Assembly: GCF_025526975.1 (NCBI RefSeq)
Contig: NW_026515672.1
Coordinates: 372,001-436,000 of the forward strand
From: Fimicolochytrium jonesii
Taxonomy: Eukaryota
DNA: 64,000 nt
Direction: 5' to 3'
Positions within the stretch are counted from its first letter, which is position 1. Every line of letters starts with the position of its first letter. Shown piece by piece: positions 47,677 through 58,978 of the stretch. Made by a program: the position numbers and the translations under genes. The notes under the pieces are model-generated. The model ran no database searches. It was given only the letters and a program-made list of their open reading frames with translations, and had not been told where the DNA came from.

Positions 47677-49784
47677 ACTGTAGACTCCGTCATCTCAAGA
47701 CCTCAGCGGACGGAGACGGGAAAGGATAGCGGTTGTAGCAGTCAGGTATAAAGTGTGGTCATCAAGAGCACGAAGGAAGGTCCGTATATAAGCCGGCACC
47801 AACCCCGCACCCAAAAATCAGTGCTTGACTCTATATTGTAATCATCATCCTGCTACACCCGGCCTTTCTCTGGCGTCCCTCGAGATTCGCCCGTCGTTTG
47901 GTACAGAGTCTTGGTTGGCCAGCCATATCGTCGAGCACGGAGTTTTGTACTGTGGCCATAGTCCTGTTGAACTTCCGTGGTAGATGGACTGGCTTGAACA
48001 ACTTACTCTCTGTGTCGCACAGATCAGGATGGGTCGTTGGGGAGAAAAACCTCTGCGCGAGCGCTCGCTTTTATAGGCGCCCAATTCTCCAAATCGTTGA
48101 GGGTCACGTGATTGCGGCATTCCAAGACTGAGATTTTTTCTCTCCCGAGATCGCCGCCTGACATGGCACCCGGACGGCCTACTGTATGTAGGGGTGACGA
48201 AGGATCTCGGCGAAGGGGTGGTCGTCAATGCTTTGAGTGTATTGAGGTATACGGGCGGTATACAGGTGGAGGCGCAAATCGCCACTGCCGTAGTCTATGA
48301 GCGCAACTTCCTTCCTCCATGGTCGCAGCGATGCGCTTCACACTTCATACGTGCTCAGTCTGCCGCCCAAGTGGGTGCTTTGAAGTTGGGGAATCCCGCC
48401 TTCACCGCATGGTCAGATCTCAGAAAACCGTCGTGATGGTTGTATAACTCATCAGGTTTCCCCACATCTTATTCATATACAGGGGCAAAGCTCTACACAG
48501 CGCACCATATCACGAAAGAAGTCCGGCCGACTTTGAGTCCAAGACCCTCATCCCTGGAAACGTCAACTTCCATTGCCCTGCTGTCCTGTCCAACCTATAC
48601 GCTCCCTACGACTCCTACCCCACCTTCGGACCCGCCGTTGCCAGCGACGGTGGCGCCACTCCCGCTCCCGTCCCTGTCCCGGCTCCTTCCTCCTCTCCGA
48701 CCGCTCCCGCGCAGGTCTCTACCCCCGCGGCGCCCGTGCCTACCTACACGGCGTCTTCTCCCATACGCCTCACGATTAATGAAGCCAATAAAAAGCCTTT
48801 GCGTTCACACAGGATCCATCCGCCAAAGATGCGGAGGAGTCGTTGCACGAAGGCTAAGGTTTTTTATGACCTCATAAATCCAAGCGATGAGGATGCCAAG
48901 TCAGACGGAACCCACTACCCCTCCTACTGGGTTGGAATATCCCAGAGGCGTGATCTTCAACGGAAGCGGAGGGCAGATGAAACTGCCCTCAACACTTCCC
49001 ACTTCGTGTTGGGTAGAGGCTCTTCGTCTCATCATCCTTGGTGATATGTGCGGCTTTGTTAGAAAACAAAGCGAGGTACGATGAACTGCATAATATGATC
49101 CTGTAACGGGGGAGCGATCGGTGAATACGAGGCCTTGGGGAAGTCAAAATCGGCTGTTGGTGTGTGAAAGGTCCGGGTGGCCTACCTTATGAGTATCGTC
49201 GATAATTTTTCGAGGGGTGGATGCCAGACGTTGCTTCCTTATATACCACTGACGAATACCTTGTGTAACGTCAACGAGGGAAGCTTCCCCGCTCGCGAAG
49301 AAAAAGCCACATGTGGCACAGTCATGACAGCGTCCAACGAGGACAAATACCGGGGGTCCGAATGCATGCATACATTAAGCTCGACATAGGTCACGGACCA
49401 GGTGGATTACAATGCTACGAGTGCTCATGCAGATGCTTGGATTTCAGCACTCATGGTGTGAAGGTTCGTAGAATGTGGGATGAAACATGGTTGCATGTCG
49501 GTGGTTGAATCCGTGTTGGGGAGTCCGGGATTCCATTCGATTCGGGTCGACGCGCCTGTCAATTCCAGGTCATGACGTGTTCGTGTTAATTGTGAATCGG
49601 CTTCCTTCCCTTATGGAGCTTTTCCGCCCCAGTTTGCCGAGCTAGTCTGTAGCATTAGATCAGGTCAAAGGTCGAGCCGGAAAACCCAACTTTACGTAGT
49701 CAGCGGTTCGAAAATTAGCCGGACACCCCACGTAGGGTCTTGTCTTGTGTGCGTTTTGAGATAACAAAGGCTTGAGGTTCGGGC

Positions 49785-52295
49785 ATGCAGGCATTCACCG
49801 GACTGTTCGGCCCGGCCGATAGCGACACTCCCGGCGAAGAGCCACCGAGGGACGGGAACGGGAGGCAGGAGGTGGCTGAAGGAGCAAACAGCATCGACAA
49901 CCTTGAGGACTCGGATGAAGACGACGATGATTACGAGGACATGGACGACCTCCTCGACGAGGACGTGGAAGACGAGTTCCTAGAAATCGACTCGGAGTAC
50001 TGGGTGGATGAAGCCGATTCCGTCGATGCCAATTCGGAAGAAGACGATGACGATGATGACGAAGGAGCTTTTTCAATGGAGGTTCTACTCCGCCATGGGG
50101 GTATGGGCCGCCCGAATGTGAGAAAGGCCGCTGCGGTGGCTGTACAGGAAGCGAGGGCCGCTCCAGGGGTTGATCCGAGTAAGGATGACTGGTTGCAGCC
50201 GAGAGACTCCGGCTACGAAGACGATGGCATCTTCGCTGAGGGTCTTGCAATGGACTTCGACAAAAGGCGATCAGTGCATGACTTGTTGAGGGATCGGGAG
50301 CGAGGGACCATTAAATCCCATTCGGTCGTCCCCATCGCGAAGGTCAGCAATACTGATGCCGAACCGATCGAATGTCTGTCCGCTTTGCTCAATGACGTCT
50401 CTGATAGACCTTCATGCCCAACCGATGCAAGTCTGTGATCGCAAAGTACGGATCACGAGCGTATTCGGGGCAATTCTCCGGTCAGTAATATTGCGTTGAG
50501 TTGCGGAGGGCTGGTAAAACTTGTCGGATTCAGGTTCTAACCTCTTGATGCAGAGGATGGAAACTCGTATTTCACCTGCACGCAAGACTTCAAACTGCAT
50601 TTGTACGATACGTCCGATATCTCCAACATACGGAAGAAGATTGACCTTCAGGGCCATGTTGGCCAGTGGACTATCACTGGTGAGTTGTCCTTACCCATAT
50701 CCAGACTGTTCTGTAGGTCTTAGTCTGTGCTCATATGACTTTTGAAGATTGTTCTTTGTCGCCAAACAACGAGTACGTAGTAATCATCTTCGAAATCCGA
50801 CGACCCACCTCGATGGGACCGATAGCTTATCAGCCGTCTTCGCCGGATCTAGAAAGATGATCTACTCTTCCATCGCGCCGGTTGTCTGGCTGACCTCGTC
50901 AGACCCGGAGTCTGAGGACAGCTCGCAAATACCACTTCAATTCGATAATTCGTCCATAGGGAGTTTTGCGGTATGCTGCTTCAAGTGTTCTCATGGCGCT
51001 ATGTTCATATCTCACAGTTCACCCGTCTTAGATTTGGTCTATCCGCTTCTCAGGAGACGGGAGAGAGATAGTGGCAGGCGCTCGGAACAACTCTTTATAC
51101 GTCTACGACATCGAGACGCGCACAGTCTTACATCAAATACGAGGACACGCGAGCGATGTCAATGCAGTCTGCTACGCAGATCCCAACTCGTCACATGTCC
51201 TATATTCGGCTTCAGATGACTCTCATGTGAAGATCTGGGACAGAAGATCGCTGGGCAGAAACGCACAACCTGCCGGCGTCTTTATCGGTCACACGGAAGG
51301 TATCACCTATGTTGCTTCGAAAGGCGATGGCCGATACGCCTTGAGTAACGGCAAAGATCAGCACATGAAGTTGTGGTAAGCTTCCGAATTGCATTCGACG
51401 AAGTCATGTGTCACCTCCTCAATGGGCGTACAGGGATTTGCGGCGAATGAAGGAGCCCAATCAAGTAAAGAACGACATCACAATGCATCCAGGGTACTAT
51501 AGGTAAGTATTGCACTGGCGTTAATCGCTTTCCCAATGCGGCATTTTTGATGAACTAGTGTTGCTTTAGCGAGGAGGGCTTCGACTATCGGCTAATGCCC
51601 TACCCGGGCGATTCCTCATTCCGACATCCCCAAGATTGCTCTATCCAGACTTACACCGGCCACAGTGGTGCGTATCAGTCTTTGTGGGATCGGAAACAAA
51701 CTCTAATTCACCACTGACCATCATTATGCAGTGCTCAAGACGCTGATCCGGTGTCACTTCTCACCGGCTCACAGCACGGGGCAACGGTAAAGGCTTCATT
51801 CGGATTTGCATTAATGTCACCCAGTTTTCGTCTCAACCAATCCTTTCTATTCGGTCATGTAGCTACGTGTACACTGGGTCCACGGACGGCAAAATCCGCA
51901 TCTTCTCGCTAGAGGGCGAACTAGTGCGAACCCTCGACACTGGCGCCGTACTGAGCAGTACAGACTTCAGGAACGTAAATCTGACCGATGGTCCCGGATA
52001 CTATGACTTCCTGAGGCCTAATCGGTCGAATATGCGAAGCGTAAGATGGCGAAGTGTGCTTTATTGAGCAGCAACTTCTTGTCTGATTTCAGTTGGGTGT
52101 TTTCAGGTCATCCGAGACGTGTCGTGGCATCCGACTCTGCCATATATGGTACGTGCCATATGTTTACATGTCACATGCCAGTCCTCCGAGTATGCGCTGA
52201 CCTGACCCGTCCCAAAGATTTCGACGGCGTGGTGCGGCCCCAACCAGATGTTTGGCGCCGCTATAGCCCACGAGTATGCAGACCCACAGTTGTGA
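49785..52295 (+). CDS. DCAF11: WD40 protein WDR23/DCAF11 (LEC14B-like), CUL4 substrate receptor
   Basis: Acidic N-terminus; YSGQFS.DGNSYF, GHASDVNAVCY, KIWDRRS, GHTEGITYV..KGDGRYALSNGKDQ, FDYR, TLIRCHFSP, YVYTGS.DG, RDVSWHP. Confidence 0.93.
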
Positions 52296-52441
52296 AACAG
52301 TAGGATTAGACTAACGTTGTTCTTCCTGGCCACGTTCGGATGATCCCCAAGGCATTATGGACTCCGTCCAGAGGCTGTCAACCTTCTGTATATAGTTTGG
52401 TCGGAGATTTGAATACCCGCCGCCGAGACACGATGCGGTTG

Positions 52442-55400
52442 TCAACAAGAAGTTTTGATACATTGAGTATCCTCCGCTTTCTGCGCTATTGCTAATTTCA
52501 TGAGGATCACTCGATACCGAGCCAGCTCTGCCTCCAGTTGAGCATTTTCCAGCCTGAGCAACTCGGACTCTTCTGCGTCAAGGTCAAGGATGGATGCGAT
52601 TTCCGATTGGGTCAGATGTGACGTGGGAGGAGTTACGTTCCTCACGTATGGTATACGTGCTCGAAGTGGGAAAGTGGGAGAGCGGTCTTTGGGGATTGGC
52701 GGCGGATTCTCTTCAGTGGCGAAGTCGACAGGCGTAATATCAACGACAATTTGCCGCTCGGTGTTCGGGAATCCACTGATGTCGTGCTCAGTCGGCGTCG
52801 GTGCCCTGTCTTCCAAATCCTCTCCCTCAGTGGGAGTTGTTACATTCCTCACCGCGACCTCTGATGGACCTAGAAGCACGTGAGGTTGCACTTCGAAGGG
52901 GTCTCCATTGGTCAAGTCGGCAGGCTTATTGTCAGTGTCAGCGACAATGCTGTGCGAGGATCCAATGCTGTCCTGTTCTGTCGGCGTTGGTGCCCTGTCC
53001 TCGAAATCCTCTCTGTCCGTGGGAGTTGCTACATCCCTCGTGGCAGCCTCTGATGGATGGGAAAGGACGGGATGTGGCGCTACGTCTCGGCTAAAGCCCG
53101 CAGGCACAGTCTCAGCAACATCTTGCGGATTCCCTATGGATGGAACTCCAATGACATCGTGGTCTGTAGGCGTCGATGTTCTGTCCTCGAGAAACTCTTC
53201 AAGGAGTTGCCGCGGAGTCTTGGCACTGGTCAATTCAGGAGGCACTCCCTCAGCAACATCTTGCAGCCCTCTGATGGCTGCAACACCGATGATATCGTGA
53301 TCTGTGGGCGTCCGCGCCCTGTCCTCGACACCCTCTGCTTGCTCTTGAGGTGAAAAAGGAGGTGTCACTTCAAGGTCTCGCTGTCGATCTTCTTCATTGC
53401 TCAATTCGGGAGGTATCCTCTCAGCAACATTCTGCGGCCCTCCGACGGATGCGATGCTGATGATATCGTGGTCTGTAGGCGTCGGAGCCCTGTCCTCGAA
53501 CGCTTCCTCTTGTTGAGGGGCCGGTGGCTCTTCCGCGAGTTCCCGCGAAATCGCTTCACCGGTCAATCCGGGAGGCAGACTCTCGGATACATCTTGCGGC
53601 TCTCCGCCGATTGCCAATCCGATGATGATATCATGATCTGTAGGCGTTTGCGCCCTGTCCTCGGCGTCATCTTCGTCTTCGTTGGCATCACCTCCGTTGG
53701 TCTGATCGAGTTGCAGAGACTGCTGATGGTCACCTTCGGCATCACCAGCTTCTTCATGATAGTTTTCGACTCCTACATCATCGATAGGTACCTCCAGATC
53801 GTCTCCATCTCCCTTGTCGTCAACAGCTTTCTCTAGGTCGTCTTCACCCTCATCAGCGGCCTCGTCGCCTTCGTTCCCAAACATCGTTTCCCCAGATACT
53901 TCCCTAAGCTCTCCCGCATCCCTTTGATCATCCAAGATCTCCTCCACGGCCCCACTCTCGGCAACGACATCTTCAAGGTCACCTTCGCGTCCTTGGTCCT
54001 CGACGTTTCCGCCAATCTCGTGACCGTCTCCATCATCGGCAGTGAGCTGGGTTCCATCGCTTTGCTCATCAGCCAACTCATCCTCATCTTCTCCCGCCCC
54101 CGGATCACCAAGCACTTTGTTTTCTACCTCAATCTCCACGTGGTCGGCCGTCGCGTTCTCCCCTCCTTTGGCATCCGATGATGAAACGGCTATGGAAGCT
54201 TCTTGAGACGTTCTTGCGGAAGTTGCGTCATGAGCCTCGGCTGCAAACATCGGGAAAATGGGAAGCGCACGATGCGCCTCCACGTCTAAAGCTCTTTCGG
54301 CCGGCGAGGATGGGTCGTGATCAGTCGGCGTTGCCGAGTTGTCCTCGTCTTCTTCTTGAAATTGGTCTTCCTCTTCCTCGTCAGCGTCATCCTCATCTTC
54401 GCTCTCATCCTCATCTTCCGCGCCTTCGCCGGAATGGAAGCCTGCCGTAGCAACCTCTGTTGCGGAGCCGTTGCCGTCGCTCTCTGTAGATACTATTTCG
54501 GTGGCAAGGGTCGGTTCGCTTGGTCCGGTTTCCGGCTCTTTCACAATGTGAAGGCAAGCTTTATTCTCTTCCAAGCCCTCAATCTCATCCTCTTCCAAGC
54601 CTTCATCCTCCTCCGCTTCGAAGCCCTCCGTCACGCCCTCATCCTCATCCTCTTTCACGTTCTCATCTCGATCCTCATCCTCACCCACATCCCCTTCCTG
54701 GTCCAGATTCCCAGACACAACCTTATCAGGCTCCGCATCAAAACCGCCGTCCTCGATTTCGGAGACAGTCTCGCCAATGTCCACTGGTCGAGGAGCTATG
54801 TCGTCGCTCGCTTCGGTTTTCAACACTGGCGCCTTGCCGGACCATTTGCTGTCCACATCGTCTTCCGAGCGATGTTGCTCGGCTCCCGATTCTTGGTCGT
54901 CGTCGTCGGCGGAAGATAGCAGCGGTCCAATCGGTCCATGATCAATCTCAATACCGGCGATCAAATCCGCCGCGATTTTCGGATCAAAGGTCTCTCCAGC
55001 TGACGATTGCACCTTCTTCCCACATCCACTCTCCCCATCGCCAGCCTCAGACGCTCCCTGCATATCTCTACCTCCTTCCTCATTCACCTCACTCTCAACC
55101 GCAGCCGGCACCTCCACCCCATCACCAATATCAACATCCTCAACCCTCGGCACATAAAACGAAATCTCGCGCCACACACCTCTTCCTTTGCCCTCGGGCA
55201 CGCTCACCGACGTCCTCGGCGGTAGGTAGTCCTTCGGCGACGCAGATACTGGTGACGGGGGGAGGGGTAACGGTCGCCTGGCCGATCTTCCAGTATACGA
55301 ATGCGCCGATGTGGGTGTAGGTGTGGTCGGTGACGTCGCGACAGGCAAATGCGGAACGTAAAACGAGATCTGCTGCACTGTTCCGGGTGTCAATGGCGAT

Positions 55401-55588
55401 AAAGGTGAGGTTGGGAGGGAGGTGTATGGTGATGGGTGGTACGGGGAGGGTGGGAGGGAGTGGTGGGAGAAGGCTGCTGAGAGTGGGGTGAGGTTGAAGG
55501 TAGATGATGTGGGGGAGATGGGAAGGTCGATTGTGATGCGGGGTGGGTAGCGGGAGCGAGGGTGGGGTTGCGGTTGGAGGGCAGACAT
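52442..55588 (-). CDS. Large acidic low-complexity protein with EDRxxTPT(D/E)HD repeats and C-terminal coiled coil
   Basis: Uninterrupted 1048-aa ORF with P/S-rich N-terminus, E/D-rich middle, repeats, and the tail ELLRLENAQLEAELARYR. Confidence 0.75.
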   Translation of the reverse strand: MSALQPQPHPRSRYPPRITIDLPISPTSSTFNLTPLSAAFSHHSLPPSPYHPSPYTSLPTSPLSPLTPGTVQQISFYVPHLPVATSPTTPTPTSAHSYTGRSARRPLPLPPSPVSASPKDYLPPRTSVSVPEGKGRGVWREISFYVPRVEDVDIGDGVEVPAAVESEVNEEGGRDMQGASEAGDGESGCGKKVQSSAGETFDPKIAADLIAGIEIDHGPIGPLLSSADDDDQESGAEQHRSEDDVDSKWSGKAPVLKTEASDDIAPRPVDIGETVSEIEDGGFDAEPDKVVSGNLDQEGDVGEDEDRDENVKEDEDEGVTEGFEAEEDEGLEEDEIEGLEENKACLHIVKEPETGPSEPTLATEIVSTESDGNGSATEVATAGFHSGEGAEDEDESEDEDDADEEEEDQFQEEDEDNSATPTDHDPSSPAERALDVEAHRALPIFPMFAAEAHDATSARTSQEASIAVSSSDAKGGENATADHVEIEVENKVLGDPGAGEDEDELADEQSDGTQLTADDGDGHEIGGNVEDQGREGDLEDVVAESGAVEEILDDQRDAGELREVSGETMFGNEGDEAADEGEDDLEKAVDDKGDGDDLEVPIDDVGVENYHEEAGDAEGDHQQSLQLDQTNGGDANEDEDDAEDRAQTPTDHDIIIGLAIGGEPQDVSESLPPGLTGEAISRELAEEPPAPQQEEAFEDRAPTPTDHDIISIASVGGPQNVAERIPPELSNEEDRQRDLEVTPPFSPQEQAEGVEDRARTPTDHDIIGVAAIRGLQDVAEGVPPELTSAKTPRQLLEEFLEDRTSTPTDHDVIGVPSIGNPQDVAETVPAGFSRDVAPHPVLSHPSEAATRDVATPTDREDFEDRAPTPTEQDSIGSSHSIVADTDNKPADLTNGDPFEVQPHVLLGPSEVAVRNVTTPTEGEDLEDRAPTPTEHDISGFPNTERQIVVDITPVDFATEENPPPIPKDRSPTFPLRARIPYVRNVTPPTSHLTQSEIASILDLDAEESELLRLENAQLEAELARYRVILMKLAIAQKAEDTQCIKTSC

Positions 55589-55965
55589 TTTTGGGGTTCT
55601 TAGATCCAGAGAAGGTGGAGTAGAAACGTAGGGCGAAAAGCGTCTCGAAAAGTTTCGATGTTGTTTAAGGAAAGGGGTGACGAAAGGCGCGAACGAATGA
55701 CGGTGAATTGACAGGGTACGCGTTACGTGTTCGAGTTGTTTACGACGGATCGCTCACGTCCTGCAATCATGCATCAGGCAAACGCTAGCTAGAGAACAGC
55801 CGATGTAGGTCCTGAAAAACAGTACTGCAATAGAACAGCAAAATGCATGGTCTGATATTGTCCTAGATGTAAACAGTGCACGCTAAAGTATGAAAAACGA
55901 AAAACTCGGAACCAGAGAAAAAGCGCGAAAAGCCCTTACTCCCTCGCATGCGCCCACTACCCCTA

Positions 55966-58391
55966 TCAATGCCTCTTCTTATCCACAATGCTGATCAACT
56001 CACTCCTTAAGCGTCCCCTTTCCACCACAACCTCCCTCAACGTTTCCCGTCCTTCCACAATGGTAGCCCTTAACACTCTCCAAGTCCCCTTCAAGCTCTC
56101 CGACGCATGCCGTCTCAGATCCTCCGCTCTCGGAAACGGAAGACCAAAGATGAACGCCGCGATCGTGATGTACCATGACGCCAGTAGCGAGCTGTGGAAG
56201 ACCGTTGGTGGGGGTGTTAAGGAGCCTGGAGCGATGGGGGCGCCGAGGATGTAGATTGTGAGGAGGAGCCACCAGATGGTGTAATTGATGGGCAGAGCGA
56301 GAAAGCAGCCGAAGATTTGGATTTGGGCTTTGGATTCTGGGAACTTTTCGCGAGCGTTGAAGAAGCTTAGGAGGAGGAGGGCGGGGAGGTGGAAGAGTGT
56401 GACTGTGCAAGGAGGATAGGTATCAGCAATGAACGTTCGAGATCGCCAAGCCAAGAAGGAGCCCCAATAGACTATCGGAACACTCACATGGCAGCTCATA
56501 CAACATGGCGAGGATCGTGAAAACGAACTGCATCAAAAGATCGGTAGCGAGCGAGGACAGATTCCTGATACTTCCACTCTCCACATCAATGTCCTTCAAT
56601 CCCAGCTTGGCCAACCGCGAAAAGTAGGCGGTTACGCGTGGGTTGAGACTGTCAAGAGCAGAATCGTTGGCCGCGGTTAAACTCGATGCGGCGCTGCCGA
56701 CGGCAAGGTCTTGCCATCCCCTATCGTGGCCGACCGTCAACGCTTGAACACGAGCAGTAAAGTCCAAGGCTTCCCTGTTGTAACGAAGTAAGAGTTCATG
56801 TGAGCTTCCTGTTTCAGCTTCGAAGGTATCTACGTAGGTCGCTTCACCAGCAGGGCCGAAACATACCAGGTAGGCGCGTTGACAGTGAGAGCAGAAAGCG
56901 TCTCTTGCAGTCTTGCGGTCAATCTCTTTACTGCCGCTCGCTGATCGAGTTCAAACTCTTTTAAAAAGTCCGTGACCTCGATGGCCTTCCCGAAACTGAT
57001 GTCGAGAGAAGTTCTTCAATATACAAGCCACAAGCCAGGAGCTTCGCATGAGCGAATCCATACCGAACATGCAGGCGGTTCCTCCACCGCCATTTCAACG
57101 GTTCGTAGGTGATGCCAACCGGAACGATAGGCGCATAGTTGGCAGGGTTGCCAACCGCCTTCGCATACTGCAATGCCGCCCATGAAGCGCCATCCTTCAG
57201 GTCGAACAACTTGGGAGTGTGATGACTAGTTCCTGTGGAGCACGTTTCAGCACTTTCGCTTGTGCAAAGGATGCCTTAGAGGAAGTCCTATCTCCCGGTC
57301 AAAAGCGTACCTTCTGGGAAAATGGCGATAACACCACCTCTGTTGATGAAAAAATGTGAGTTGAATTAGATCCACTAGTGTCAGCTTGTAGATGTTGCAA
57401 CGCACCTGAGGAGGGTGGTGATCGTACTCTCAAAAAGATCATCATTCGACTCGTTCTTGCCAGACCGCGAGTTGCGCTTCACCGGCAAGCAACCCATCGC
57501 CGTCATGAACGCCGTCAGGCCAGGTAAGCCATGGAACAGCTCTGATTTCGTCCAGAAGTGCACTTTCCGAGGACATGTTTGCATCAAAGCACCGATGTCT
57601 GTGAAATGCGGTGACTAGTCAGACTTCTGCCACTGTAGGTAGTTTCTCCACCCCGTTGCACTCAAACCCACCAATGGCCATATTCCAGTGATTACTGATT
57701 CCGTAAGAGTCACAAGGTGAGCATGTTGTCAATGTACGAAGTTTACAACCAAGTCACTTACGCAGCCCTGTAAAGTGATGTTCGATAAGCATTGGAAGAC
57801 GTGGGCAGGAACGTGGATGGTAGGATGGTTGTTTGGTTGAAACGATACCATGCTCGCTCCGCTCGCGACAAGGAGGTTGGCTGGTGTATGATCCGCAATC
57901 CTGGGCCTTCCGGCCCAGTTGAGCTCAATATCGCTTGTATTCTCCTTACTTCGCTCGGAACCCTCAAGCATTCCTCGCTTCGCTCGGTCCCCGCTTCCCT
58001 CGGGACTTCGGTTCAATTGGACTCGCTATTACTCCCATTCTCCTCGCTTTGCTCGGAACCCTCAAGCATCCCTGGGCCTCGATTTGCTCCGACTCCGGCC
58101 GAGTTAAACCTCCGTGTCGCTCGAGCGCTCCGCTCGCATCCTCGCTGCGACTTACATGATGCAACCCCTGTCCTGGGGCAAGTTTTCCACCCCTTGGACA
58201 CTCGTCTCTCTGTAAAAAGCCTCCATTGCAAAGCAGACCCATGCGTTGACTATGCGGTAAACAAAGTTGTGTGGGCCCTTGAGCAGTGGCCGATCGTGCT
58301 CCGAGTGGGTGGTGTGGTCCACCGTCGGCTTGTTGGTAGAAGGCGACTCTTTGGCCGTAGAGGCCAACCCATCTGGGTTCGTCTGCGCCAT
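55966..58391 (-). CDS. Glycerol-3-phosphate/DHAP acyltransferase (Gpt2/Sct1-like), micro-exon rich
   Basis: Spliced IMAANHWNMAIDIGALMQTCPRKVHFWTK (HX5D), GCLPVKR, VIAIFPEGTSHH and PIVPVGITY, plus C-terminal TM helices. Confidence 0.87.
57939..58073. repeat. 37-bp direct repeat pair within GPAT intron 1
   Basis: 57939-57975 vs 58037-58073, 33/37 identical, core GCTCGGAACCCTCAAGCAT. Confidence 0.85.
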
Positions 58392-58978
58392 GGTTCCAAC
58401 CCTGCTCTGCCAAGAGAAGACGATGACGGGGTATCAGGTCAGCCGACTCTTCCACTGATATGAACAAAGCACGATGGCCGTAGGTTTGCAGTGAAGATCA
58501 CGGGGTACACCCACCTGCAATGACGCCTAGAGGTTCGTTGCGTTCGTCGGTTGAGCTCGAGGACCCTGGGAGTTGGTCGCAAGCAGCGAATAGGCTCTTC
58601 TCCTCTCTGGTCGTAGGGTCTTCTTCGCAAGCCGCTCGCTCTGTTTGCAGAAAGGACAGCGATGGGGTTGCAGCTGACAGGGTTGATGCGTTCCCACGGG
58701 CGTCCCACCACCAGAATGACAGTGTGGCTTTCCGCCCCGTAATTTGATGAGCAGCGCGCTTAAACGGCGGATCTCGCTCTCTCCGCCAACCGGAGTCCGC
58801 AACTGATCATTGAAGAACATGTATAAACCACGCACACAGTCACGTGAGCGGATTAGATCTCCTCGCGCGTGTGTCACTGCGAGACAGACATGCGCAATGC
58901 CCAACCTGTGTAGGCTTGCTTTTTCCGGGCTGCATTTCCAACGAACACTATCACCTCAATTCAGACTCCACTGCGAAA

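Noticed and set aside
52790..53670. Regularly spaced DNA repeats resembling a CRISPR array
   Set aside because: The repeats are degenerate at synonymous positions, lie in a continuous ORF and have related spacers. This is a protein repeat in a eukaryote with no cas genes nearby.
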